Source: a virus
Direction: 5' to 3' (one strand)
Length of the DNA: 37,205 nt
IMG/VR virus record: IMGVR_UViG_3300049017_000013
The translations under genes were made by a program, and so were the position numbers. Of the stretch, positions 15,981 to 23,391 are shown piece by piece (positions within the stretch are counted from its first letter, which is position 1; the number at the start of each line of letters is the position of its first letter). The notes beneath the pieces were generated by a model. That model did no database searches. It was not told where the DNA came from and saw only the letters and a list, made by a program, of their open reading frames with translations.

Positions 15981-16542
15981 CGCTACTCCCTTGTGCTTGA
16001 ATGGCGATCCGCCGAAACTCCACGCACCATACCCATGGGTTGGCGTCCCAGCTGCCGGCGCCGTTGATGCTTTCCCAAATGTGCCGATAGTGCTCATGTG
16101 GCGTGGCTTGCGCTGGGGTGTTGTCTTTGAAGCCATTCACATAGCCTTTGCAGGACGCCATTCTAATAACAGCCTCGGCGTCCTCTCGCTTGATACCTAG
16201 CGTGCAAGCGAATGCCATACAGTCCTGACGGTCGCAGTCGCGCAACGGCCCGCGAATGGCTTGCCCGTCATCGGTGGTGCTGGCCGCTTCCTTGGCCTGC
16301 GCCTCCCCGGTCATCGGGCAAACCTGCCAGTGTTCTTGTTTGCAGCGCTCCTTCAGACGATCCACGCCGCAGATTGGGCATTGCATATTGGCTGTCTCTA
16401 CCTGTGCGGCGCTGGCCACGAAATGAGCTTCAGCCATTGAGCCGAAATGATGGAATGCCCATTCGGCAGTTGCCCATTCTGTGTCCTGGCAAGCCTCACA
16501 TGAAGCCAGCGCTTTCAGTTCCTGCAATTCAGTTGCATTCAA
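15973..16542 (-). CDS. Hypothetical Cys-rich protein (189 aa).
   Basis: TTG start at 16542 with RBS aagggg 6 nt upstream. It has CxxC and CPICG motifs, and the C-terminal ...[12 protein letters not shown] resembles a recurrent prophage motif that I cannot name confidently. Confidence 0.55.
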   Translation of the reverse strand: MNATELQELKALASCEACQDTEWATAEWAFHHFGSMAEAHFVASAAQVETANMQCPICGVDRLKERCKQEHWQVCPMTGEAQAKEAASTTDDGQAIRGPLRDCDRQDCMAFACTLGIKREDAEAVIRMASCKGYVNGFKDNTPAQATPHEHYRHIWESINGAGSWDANPWVWCVEFRRIAIQAQGSSDD

Positions 16543-16552
16543 TTTGTTCCCC

Positions 16553-16783
16553 TTATTTGCTTAAATGAATTTGGCCGTTACCGTAGCGCTCCGGTCGTCC
16601 ATTTATCGATCCTCCGAAGTTATCGGCCCATGCAGTGACTCGACCGGCTTTATCCACTTCGATGTTGAAGACCATGCTTGCATAGAAGTTTGACTGCATA
16701 CGGCTTGCTGGAAGGTTCGGCCAACGGAAATATGCAAAATCCAGCCCACACATAGTTCCAACCCTGATACGTCCTTTCATCAT
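16553..16783 (-). CDS. Hypothetical protein (75-76 aa).
   Basis: Tandem ATGATG start. The second ATG (16780) has better spacing to aggggaa. No family was recognised. Confidence 0.5.
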   Translation of the reverse strand: MMKGRIRVGTMCGLDFAYFRWPNLPASRMQSNFYASMVFNIEVDKAGRVTAWADNFGGSINGRPERYGNGQIHLSK

Positions 16784-16807
16784 TTCCCCTTGCCCCGCAG
16801 CTATGGC

Positions 16808-16823
16808 GGGATAGTGGTTATTC
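16808..16823. repeat. 16-bp junction repeat R2, copy 2.
   Basis: Identical to 14780..14795. Confidence 0.85.
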
Positions 16824-16898
16824 GTTATGGCTAAGCCAGGCTAGCCAACCAACGAAGATCAGGAAGGCGACGAGCGCTAAAAGTTCAGTCACGCTCAT
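16818..16898 (-). CDS. Mini membrane peptide (26 aa: MSVTELLALVAFLIFVGWLAWLSHNE).
   Basis: It is not in the ORF track because it is below 60 aa. Its ATG overlaps the HNH stop (ATGA) in exactly the same 38-bp context that starts the PAPS-reductase-like gene. It has a single hydrophobic helix. Confidence 0.45.
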   Translation of the reverse strand: MSVTELLALVAFLIFVGWLAWLSHNE

Positions 16899-16929
16899 AC
16901 CTGCTCACTTTCTGGTTTGGCGGCGCGCT
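16892..16929. repeat. 38-bp junction repeat R1, copy 2.
   Basis: Identical to 15645..15682. It forms the C-terminus ([10 protein letters not shown]) of the HNH protein. Confidence 0.9.
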
Positions 16930-17296
16930 CAAAATAGAACACGACAGATACTGCTGACGGAGCGACAAGCCCGAATCGCAAAGCATGCCTCCATGTCGAG
17001 CTATACCGTTGAAGTGATGCGACCGATCCCGAGAGCTTGCCGCGCCATTGTTCCAACGTGTACGATGCCTTATCCAGGTTGCAGGGTGCGCAGGCCGGCA
17101 TAAGGTTCTCGACTACATCACGCGCCAGGTGCAGAATGCCGCTCGGGTTCGTATCGCTGCTTGGTGCATAGCCGCGCAAGACTGGCTCAAAGTGGTCAGC
17201 GTGCCAGCGATCACCTAGTAGCGACCCACAATAGGCGCACCGGCCATCGTACATTTCGTGAAGCGTAGCGCGCTGAGCCTTCGTCAGCTTAGCCAT
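16895..17296 (-). CDS. HNH endonuclease (133 aa).
   Basis: CAYCG...WHADHFEPVL...NLMPACAPCNLDK: a Cys4 zinc knuckle plus the H-N-H catalytic pattern. Confidence 0.8.
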   Translation of the reverse strand: MAKLTKAQRATLHEMYDGRCAYCGSLLGDRWHADHFEPVLRGYAPSSDTNPSGILHLARDVVENLMPACAPCNLDKASYTLEQWRGKLSGSVASLQRYSSTWRHALRFGLVAPSAVSVVFYFERAAKPESEQV

Positions 17297-18140
17297 TGCC
17301 GCTCTCCTTGTCTGCGCTATGCGCGATTACTGGCGGGGTGGGGATGGGCATCCAGTGAGTAGGCAATGCGCTGCCAATGCCGCAGTATTCGTCGCTGTCT
17401 TCTGGGAATTCGCCAATCTGCCAGTTCCCCCATAAGTCAAACCAGCGTGCTTTCTCGATGCTGTTATATGGCGGTTGGAGCCACAGTAAAACCTCGGTTC
17501 CATCCTTTGGCGCGGTTTCAATCGGCTGCCACCCCTGTGCTACTGGTGCCTGTGCTAATGCAGCGAGAGAGGCGGCAGCGGCAAGGAGGTCGCGCATTTG
17601 TCTGGCACCGTAGTACGGAGTGAATTCTCCATCATAAGAGAACGATTTTGCCTGTTCTACGGATGGGTGGAACTGCACGCCTTCGTGCGTATCGATTCCC
17701 GCCCAAATTGGTTCAGGCAACGGCAGCGCCAGGATCGCAGCTTGCAAATCACCGACTGGAGAGGTCTGTGTAACGGGTAGACTGCATTTCGGGCACGGAT
17801 AGTAATCGTCCGGTGGGCTACCTACGCTACCGGTGTCGTTGCAATCGAAGCAGATCTGCTTCGCATCAAGGCGGCCAAGTGGCACATCGTAGTCGGTACG
17901 ATTTTTCGGCAGCGCATTGTCGTACTGCGCTCGGCTGATAACGCAGTTCGCTTTCCCTTCCTTGCTAGACGCATAGGCAATAATCTTGTCTACCAACCAC
18001 CAAGGTGTATCGGTTGGCACCGGCTGTGTTGTAATAGCATGGGATCCTAAGGATTTGTTGAGCTTCAATTGGTAGGGTGGCTCGTGCTGCATGGCCCAAA
18101 CCTCAAACTCTGCCCGACACTGTTCTTTGTTCTCGCTCAT
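17289..18140 (-). CDS. DUF551-domain protein (283 aa).
   Basis: C-terminal GWQPIETAPKDGTEVLLW....W....HWMPIPTPP is the DUF551 signature common in lambdoid early-left regions. The N-terminal part is unassigned. Confidence 0.7.
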   Translation of the reverse strand: MSENKEQCRAEFEVWAMQHEPPYQLKLNKSLGSHAITTQPVPTDTPWWLVDKIIAYASSKEGKANCVISRAQYDNALPKNRTDYDVPLGRLDAKQICFDCNDTGSVGSPPDDYYPCPKCSLPVTQTSPVGDLQAAILALPLPEPIWAGIDTHEGVQFHPSVEQAKSFSYDGEFTPYYGARQMRDLLAAAASLAALAQAPVAQGWQPIETAPKDGTEVLLWLQPPYNSIEKARWFDLWGNWQIGEFPEDSDEYCGIGSALPTHWMPIPTPPVIAHSADKESGNG

Positions 18141-18517
18141 TCTTTTATCTCCATAGATGGATCGACATCAAAAAGATCACCAGTTAATTTATCTTTTGCA
18201 GGTATCGGTTGCCCCTTTGGGATGAAGTCAGTGCATCGCGGCTGACCGTCTTTTCCGTACTGCCATTGCGATGGGTAATCAGGATGATCAACTTGATGCA
18301 GATAAGTCAGGCCAATCAAATCGCAAATCTGGTTGTCGTCACATTCTTCCAACGGTAGCCCGGCCATCATCCCGTGATCGCGCTCGCATTCCGCGCACCA
18401 ACTCTCGGTAAAGACAGCCCCTTCTATTCCATTTCCTGGGCGATACTTTTTACCGGCGCGCTCTATGTTCAATGCGGCCCATGCATCAGGATAGATGCGT
18501 ATTACCACGTCGCTCAT
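18137..18517 (-). CDS. Hypothetical Cys-containing protein (126 aa).
   Basis: ATGA overlap downstream and TAATG overlap upstream. WCAECERDHG motif. No family was named. Confidence 0.55.
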   Translation of the reverse strand: MSDVVIRIYPDAWAALNIERAGKKYRPGNGIEGAVFTESWCAECERDHGMMAGLPLEECDDNQICDLIGLTYLHQVDHPDYPSQWQYGKDGQPRCTDFIPKGQPIPAKDKLTGDLFDVDPSMEIKE

Positions 18518-18978
18518 TATGCTTTCCCTTCCACTGCAATAGGTTCTTCGGACATGGACGCATCAACAGCAGCATCCAACGATGCCTTGGTGGCGTGATC
18601 AAATCCAAGGAAGCAGATAGGGTACGGGCCTTCGGTGAACTGGCGCCAGCGTGCGGCGTCTTGCTCGGCCACTGCCAGCTTCTCCGACAGTTCAAACGCC
18701 CGCCGCTCAGCCTGCGCTGCCTTGTCGCGCAGCAGCACCATTTCGGCCGCGGCGACAGCGTAGGCGGTGCGCTTCGCAGTCTGCTGCACCTTATACGCGA
18801 TATCTTCGATCGACATTCCGCCCAGGGCGCGTACCATGCGTTCAAGCTGCACGCGCTCAGCCGCTACATGGCAGTGGCCGCAATCGTAATATTCGCTGCC
18901 ATCAAGCTTGCCGGTGTCGCGGCAAAAGTCGCAGTCGTAATGCGACTCAGGCTCGGGGTGGTGGTCGAGTTCACGCAT
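18517..18978 (-). CDS. Hypothetical protein with an N-terminal zinc-ribbon-like motif and a coiled coil (153 aa).
   Basis: CDFCRDTG...CGHCH, then a heptad-like Ala/Glu/Arg segment. Confidence 0.55.
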   Translation of the reverse strand: MRELDHHPEPESHYDCDFCRDTGKLDGSEYYDCGHCHVAAERVQLERMVRALGGMSIEDIAYKVQQTAKRTAYAVAAAEMVLLRDKAAQAERRAFELSEKLAVAEQDAARWRQFTEGPYPICFLGFDHATKASLDAAVDASMSEEPIAVEGKA

Positions 18979-19144
18979 GGCGTCCGTCCTTGGTCGGCTG
19001 GTTGCGCTGCTTCCACCATGAAGACTTGTTCACGCCGGACACGCTCAGGCCGCAATGGCGTGCTACCTGTTCAGCAGTTGCGCCAGGATTCTTGGCGAGA
19101 TAGGCCGCACCTTTCGTGCTGGCCTTGGTCACATTCTTTGGCAT
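18971..19144 (-). CDS. Small HTH DNA-binding protein (57 aa).
   Basis: The ATG at 19144 has RBS aaaggag 7 nt upstream. The ORF-track start at 19177 lacks an RBS. GATAEQVARHCGLSVSGVNK looks like a helix-turn-helix. Confidence 0.55.
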   Translation of the reverse strand: MPKNVTKASTKGAAYLAKNPGATAEQVARHCGLSVSGVNKSSWWKQRNQPTKDGRHA

Positions 19145-19213
19145 CAAATACTCCTTTTTGTTTGGAGATTGAAGCATATAACATGGCTAGCAATAAGGCA
19201 AGCACTTCCACGA

Positions 19214-19239
19214 ATAAAAAAACCGCCCATCGGACGGCC
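19214..19239 (-). terminator. Rho-independent terminator inside the leftward operon.
   Basis: Read on the minus strand: CCGTCC, GAT loop, GGGCGG (one G.U pair), followed by TTTTTTT (plus-strand A-run 19216-19222). Confidence 0.6.
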
Positions 19240-19244
19240 TTCAA

Positions 19245-19472
19245 TCAAGCGAACAGGTCAGTCTTCCGCGTGTCAACTTTCACTAGCACATAAACGAACC
19301 CGTCCTCGCAGTCCGGCAGCTTGCGAAGCTTAGCCTCTGCCGCCGCCTTGTGGCATACCTCGCTGCGCTCCTTGCGGAATACACACCCTTCGCATGGGTC
19401 TTCATCCTCATCAAGCATAGAGACAGGGCGACGACTGGCTGCGAAGATTGTGCGGGCGGGGTCGAGTGGCAT
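19245..19472 (-). CDS. Hypothetical protein (75 aa).
   Basis: The ATG at 19472 lies just after the exo stop (19474-19476). The longer ORF-track version (to 19709) would overlap exo extensively. Confidence 0.5.
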   Translation of the reverse strand: MPLDPARTIFAASRRPVSMLDEDEDPCEGCVFRKERSEVCHKAAAEAKLRKLPDCEDGFVYVLVKVDTRKTDLFA

Positions 19473-19473
19473 G

Positions 19474-20112
19474 TCATTTCTTCGACACGAACAGTTCGAC
19501 TTTTTTCTCAACCTCCGCAAGAAACCCAAGTACCTGGCTCTCAAGGTTGTCGATATATTTCTGATCCCGCTCGATGCGCTGCCGGTATAACTGCAAGTGC
19601 GCACCGCCATTAAGCATGCGCGGATCGTATGAGCAGAAGTCGATCCATTCCAAGCCAAGAATCCACATCTGCCCATAAATTTGCGGTGCGTGATGTTCCG
19701 GCATTCCATGTTCCCATGCCGCCAGGTGGATTGCGCTATTGAACGGACATTTAATCTCTACCCCACCAGCAGAACCAACAAGACCATCAGATGACGCTCC
19801 AACCCAGTTATGCATCTTGTGCTTAGCAAAGCCAACCTCACGCACCAGGGAGCCAGTGGAGCGTTCGTATGCCGCGCGGGCGTATGGCTCGGCATCGGTT
19901 CCCCATTGCATAGCGTAGCTGCTGGCGCCAATAATTGGCTCTCCAGTAATTTGCTCGACCACCAATTCCATCAGGTAATCTTCGCGGGCCTTCAACGGCT
20001 TGCCATCCTTTTTTGAGACAGCCAGGATATCGCAGAAACGCGATGCGGTAGCGTGGCCGGCTCTAGCGCGCAACCAATCATCGCCACCTTGATTTGAAAG
20101 TCGTTCAAGCAT
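19474..20112 (-). CDS. exo: Lambda Exo / YqaJ-type 5'-3' recombination exonuclease.
   Basis: GGDDWLRARAGHATASRF parallels lambda Exo QGDDAWHKLRLGVITASEV. VEIKCPFNS parallels LELKCPFTS. YDPRM...RIERDQKYI parallels [22 protein letters not shown]. The ATG at 20112 has RBS ggagg 5 nt upstream; the track start at 20124 is a GTG. Confidence 0.85.
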   Translation of the reverse strand: MLERLSNQGGDDWLRARAGHATASRFCDILAVSKKDGKPLKAREDYLMELVVEQITGEPIIGASSYAMQWGTDAEPYARAAYERSTGSLVREVGFAKHKMHNWVGASSDGLVGSAGGVEIKCPFNSAIHLAAWEHGMPEHHAPQIYGQMWILGLEWIDFCSYDPRMLNGGAHLQLYRQRIERDQKYIDNLESQVLGFLAEVEKKVELFVSKK

Positions 20113-20881
20113 TGTCGCCTCCACCCGGTGGCTTCGCTGCGTCGGCAGCCATTGCGCGCTGTTTTAGCGCTTTCATATTTGGGATCAGCATTTGGCGCTG
20201 ATCTTCGGCGATGGCGCCCCAGGCTACTTCCAGATCAGTCATACCGCCATCAGCAACGGTTTCAAGATGAGCCAGAAGATCGGCGCTTTCCTCGCTGAAC
20301 TCCACAACGATAGCTTCTGCCAGGTCTGCCGGGTTGCGGCGCATCGACCTGTTATTGGATGGCGCTGGGTTTACTTCGATGATTCGCTCTGCTTCGTCCA
20401 GATCGAAGATGCCAACATAGCCGAACGCTAGGCGGGCGCATTGGATCATGGCCTTGTGGCGAAGCATGCGCTTAGGGTGGCTTTGCCATGGCTTCACGGC
20501 ACGCTTGCACTCGCTCATGTACTCAGTGACCTTTACCGGATGGGCTCGGTCCTTGCGGTACATAACGCAGGTGCATGATTCATCGTCTTGCTGAAAATCC
20601 ATGCCATCGAATTGCGGGTGACTGTTGATGATTCTTGACCACCCATCCACGCCCACAACAGGAACAATTCCGTTGTTCTGATCGGGGAAAGCGTAAATCT
20701 CTTTGGTCCATGGATTCAGCTTGTACTGGCCAGCCACGATCAGCAAGGCCGACATTTGCGCATCGGACACATTGCCCTTAAATGCTGTCGCCTTGAGTAC
20801 GACGGTAAGATCATCTGACTCGGGGATTCCGAAAGTTTCGGCCAGTTGGTTGACTTGCTTTACTACGAGAGCGCTGCTCAT
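20105..20881 (-). CDS. bet: Lambda Bet (Red-beta) single-strand annealing protein.
   Basis: Long near-identical blocks to lambda Bet as I remember it: NPWTKEIYAFPD..NGIVPVVGVDGWSRIIN...QFDGMDF.QD.ESCTC..YRKDR.HP and PWQSHPKRMLRHKAMIQCARLAFG. Confidence 0.9.
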   Translation of the reverse strand: MSSALVVKQVNQLAETFGIPESDDLTVVLKATAFKGNVSDAQMSALLIVAGQYKLNPWTKEIYAFPDQNNGIVPVVGVDGWSRIINSHPQFDGMDFQQDDESCTCVMYRKDRAHPVKVTEYMSECKRAVKPWQSHPKRMLRHKAMIQCARLAFGYVGIFDLDEAERIIEVNPAPSNNRSMRRNPADLAEAIVVEFSEESADLLAHLETVADGGMTDLEVAWGAIAEDQRQMLIPNMKALKQRAMAADAAKPPGGGDNA

Positions 20882-20925
20882 TTGACGCCTTTCTGCTGTG
20901 ACTACGACAGCATAGGTTGATTGAT

Positions 20926-22053
20926 TTAGTAAGCGATGCTTACGTGTGCAACTTTACCTTGCGCAATCAGAGTAATGCAAGCCTTGGCTGCATCTTCGCT
21001 AACGCCGCTAGAGATAAGGTCTTGCAGTGCTTCACGGTTGATTTTGGCACGGTGGGTTTTGTTTGCCTCGCGCTTTGCCGCCTCGTCCGCGATTCGTTTG
21101 GTTTCGGCAGCGATGCGCTCCTGTTCAGCTTTTACTGCCCGCTGTTTATCTTCTTCGGCGCGCTTCTCTGCCGCGATACGTTGGCGTTCTGCCTCTTGTG
21201 CGTCTGCTACGCGCCGGCGCTCTGCTTCTTCGGCTTGCAATTTCAGTTCCATTTCTCGGCGTGCTGCGGCTTCTTTTTCCTTCTGTGCACGGTCGCGTTC
21301 CTGTTGCATAGCAAGTGCGGCTGCCTGCTCTTTTCGCTTTGCTTCTAATTCTGCGGCTTCCAGCGCTTTGCGTGCTTTCTCTGCTTCTGCCGCTGCTTTG
21401 GCTTCCGCCTCTGCCTGGGCACGCTCTGCGGCTGCCTTGGCAATCGCTGCATCACGTTCAGCTTGTGCGCGGGCTTCGGCTTCGGCGCGCAGTCGGGCTA
21501 GTTCCGCGGCTTCTGCTTCGCGCTGCTCAGCGTCGGCCAAGTGCTTTGCAAGTTGTTCCAGCATTGCTGCCTTGGCGGTAGTGGCGCGGGCCATATATTC
21601 TTGCCAGTCAGCGCCGATTTCGATTGCCTGAACACGTCCAATCTCGGCGCGGTATTCGAGGCTAGTGCCACCGTGCAGCTTTAGCAGTTCGATTTCGTTC
21701 AGGCGTGCATCCAGTGCCGCAACGCGGCCTTTTTCGGCCTCCTCAATACGGTCGATTTCCAGTTGGTGAACGGTGATCATGGCTTCGATACGAGCTTCGA
21801 TTTCTGCCGCCTCCGAGTCGATGGCGCGACCAATGCGCAGGGATTCAGCCTTGGCTTCCTTGCGGACTTTCTCCAATGCACCCTTAGTCTTACGCAGGCT
21901 GAATACGTGGCTGCGAGCCTCCTTGTTGCCTTTCGGTGTGTCGTATTGGAACACCAGGGCCGCGTTGTCCTGCTCCAGCTTCGCCAGTTCACCGTAAAAG
22001 GGCTGGTAGGCGGCGACTTGCGTTGTTTGTGCATCCAGGATTTCAGTGGTCAT
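20926..22053 (-). CDS. Coiled-coil protein with a long Ala/Glu/Arg/Lys low-complexity core (375 aa). Function unknown.
   Basis: The ATG at 22053 has RBS aaggag 6 nt upstream (track start 22083). About 150 aa are of AEAEARAQAERDAAIAKAAAE type. The conserved-looking C-terminus is NREALQDLI..GVSEDAAK..I..IAQGKVAHVSIAY. Confidence 0.65.
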   Translation of the reverse strand: MTTEILDAQTTQVAAYQPFYGELAKLEQDNAALVFQYDTPKGNKEARSHVFSLRKTKGALEKVRKEAKAESLRIGRAIDSEAAEIEARIEAMITVHQLEIDRIEEAEKGRVAALDARLNEIELLKLHGGTSLEYRAEIGRVQAIEIGADWQEYMARATTAKAAMLEQLAKHLADAEQREAEAAELARLRAEAEARAQAERDAAIAKAAAERAQAEAEAKAAAEAEKARKALEAAELEAKRKEQAAALAMQQERDRAQKEKEAAARREMELKLQAEEAERRRVADAQEAERQRIAAEKRAEEDKQRAVKAEQERIAAETKRIADEAAKREANKTHRAKINREALQDLISSGVSEDAAKACITLIAQGKVAHVSIAY

Positions 22054-22125
22054 ACAATTCTCCTTGTTTGGTTGTTCTGGCACTTACGCGGCCAGCTTAC
22101 GCCCGGCTCTGTGGAGCCTACCGGG

Positions 22126-22230
22126 TTATAGCAAAGTCACGACATAGCCAGCCACCATCGCAGCAGCCACAATGCAGATGCAAGCGGCAGCGCTCGGGGT
22201 GCGGCGGGCGGTGGGAATGCGGCGGATCAT
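22126..22230 (-). CDS. Mini membrane peptide (34 aa: MIRRIPTARRTPSAAACICIVAAAMVAGYVVTLL).
   Basis: It falls below the ORF-track cut-off. ATGA overlap with the stop of the upstream 35-aa ORF. It has a basic N-terminus and a hydrophobic C-terminal helix. Confidence 0.4.
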   Translation of the reverse strand: MIRRIPTARRTPSAAACICIVAAAMVAGYVVTLL

Positions 22231-22334
22231 GCTGCACCTCGCGCCTGACGCTTCAAATAAGCCGCGAGAGCCTCACGGATGCGGCGCTGCTTCCATTCGT
22301 ATTCGGCCAGTTCGGCGGCCTGTTGGTCGGTCAT
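22227..22334 (-). CDS. First leftward early ORF (35 aa: MTDQQAAELAEYEWKQRRIREALAAYLKRQARGAA).
   Basis: The ATG at 22334 has RBS aaggag 6 nt upstream. The track ORF extends to 22412 without an RBS. Confidence 0.5.
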   Translation of the reverse strand: MTDQQAAELAEYEWKQRRIREALAAYLKRQARGAA

Positions 22335-22499
22335 GTGGTTCTCCTTGTGGTTGGCTACTGGGTTGCGGCCATGGATGAAATCATCGCACAGTTTAGTCGT
22401 TGTACGCAACAACTTTTTGTTGTGTCCGGACGTAAAAATAGTTTTTAGGCCGAGAACATTTATGGTACAGTATTTCCATCAACAACAGTCGGAGGACAC
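22335..22499. promoter_or_regulatory. Divergent early control region (leftward and rightward early promoters plus operator-like inverted repeats).
   Basis: A 165-bp gap separates divergent operons. It contains GTTGT-n5-ACAAC-n5-GTTGT at 22399-22423 and another ACAAC at 22482-22486. Only weak -35/-10 candidates are present (for example TTTAGG-17-TACAGT at 22443-22471, rightward). Confidence 0.6.
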
Positions 22500-22724
22500 A
22501 TGAAGGAAACACGAAGGGCGCATGCATTGCTGGATGCTCTGCGCCAAGAGAGCAAATTGCGCAGCGATTCCCATCTGGCCGAGGAACTGGGCTACCGCAA
22601 GAGCCGCATTTGCGAGTATCGGGCGGGGCATCCAGTCAGCGCTGAATTTATCGTCGCTGTGCAGCGCAAATATGGGTGGTCGATGAAGAAGATCGATGCG
22701 CTGCTTGCACCAAGAGGCGAGTAA
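22500..22724 (+). CDS. Cro-like small HTH regulator (74 aa). First gene of the rightward early operon.
   Basis: RBS ggagg 5 nt upstream. SDSHLAEELGYRKSRICEYRAG is an HTH-like segment. The position is analogous to cro. Confidence 0.6.
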   Translation: MKETRRAHALLDALRQESKLRSDSHLAEELGYRKSRICEYRAGHPVSAEFIVAVQRKYGWSMKKIDALLAPRGE

Positions 22725-23203
22725 TGGAGCGCCAGCCATACGATCCGCGCACGCTGATGCTCCGCACCGAAGAACAGCGCGAGCGCGTCAAGCGGTACAT
22801 CGACAGCCTGCCGCTGGATCAGGACAGGCCGCTGCGTATCGTGATCGATGATCCATTGCCGGCCAAGAGCCGGGACCAGGAGCAGCGCTACCATGCAATG
22901 ATTGGCGACATTGCTAGGCAGTACTCGCATTGTGGCCGGCGCTGGTCCCAGGACGACATGAAGCGCATCCTGATTGATCAGTTCCAGCGCGACACGTTGA
23001 AGGATTCGGATATTGCGCCGCTGTGGGGTGCGATGGGGATTTTCCGCAACGCGCCCGCATTCGATGGGTCTGGTGTTGTGATCCTGAATGCGTCATCAAA
23101 GAAGTTCTCGGCCCGCCTGGCGAGCGTGTTTATCGAATGGCTTTTCGCCCTGGGCGCTGAGCTTAATATCGAATGGTCGGACCCCAACGAAAGGCAACCA
23201 TGA
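22724..23203 (+). CDS. ninB: NinB/Orf-family recombination mediator.
   Basis: TAATG coupling at 22722-22726. PLRIVIDDP...RDQEQRYHAMIGDIARQ...GRRWSQDDMKRILIDQF and the C-terminal ...FIEWLFALGAELNIEWSDP parallel lambda NinB: VVTIQERNRSLDQNRKLWACLGDVSRQ...W..ESWKCVF...LIQAFGTERGVKWSDE. Confidence 0.75.
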   Translation: MERQPYDPRTLMLRTEEQRERVKRYIDSLPLDQDRPLRIVIDDPLPAKSRDQEQRYHAMIGDIARQYSHCGRRWSQDDMKRILIDQFQRDTLKDSDIAPLWGAMGIFRNAPAFDGSGVVILNASSKKFSARLASVFIEWLFALGAELNIEWSDPNERQP

Positions 23204-23391
23204 CCACCAAAAAAGAAGCCATCGCTCAGCTTGACGATGCGGGCCGCGCACAGTTCCCGGTGCAGATGGTCGTCGCGTGCGCTGATCCGCGCGGCGCTGA
23301 ACTTCTGGCCCTGTTCAACGCAAAGGACGCTCGCGGCAAGGAGTGTTTGATTCGCATGGCGCGCTGCATGCCTTGTGGGGAGGTGGGGTAA
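23200..23391 (+). CDS. Hypothetical protein (63 aa).
   Basis: ATGA overlap with the ninB stop. No family was recognised. Confidence 0.5.
   Translation: MTTKKEAIAQLDDAGRAQFPVQMVVACADPRGAELLALFNAKDARGKECLIRMARCMPCGEVG

Noticed and set aside
18472-19333. Plus-strand ORFs 18472..19293 (273 aa), 18651..19103 and 19055..19333, which span several minus-strand genes and the internal terminator.
   Set aside because: They cross four overlap-coupled minus-strand genes and an intergenic terminator. They lack RBSs and have Arg-rich off-frame composition.
19245-19709. The extended 154-aa version of the minus-strand ORF, which overlaps exo.
   Set aside because: The N-terminal 79 codons would overlap the 3' third of the well-supported exo gene in another frame. 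The ATG at 19472, directly after the exo stop, gives a compact 75-aa gene consistent with the operon's packing.
22105-22118. A small GGCTC-tgtg-GAGCC hairpin between the 34-aa peptide ORF and the coiled-coil gene, considered as a terminator.
   Set aside because: The stem is only 5 bp and no U-tract follows on the transcribed (minus) strand. It is probably an incidental or minor intercistronic structure.
20917-22448. A family of plus-strand ORFs (20917..21348, 20936..21631, 21063..21311, 21315..21581, 21763..22131, 21936..22448) opposite the coiled-coil gene.
   Set aside because: They are generated by the repetitive GCN/GAR codon structure of the EA-rich gene. They are mutually overlapping, lack RBSs, and encode poly-Ala/Ser/Arg or Leu/Arg strings.
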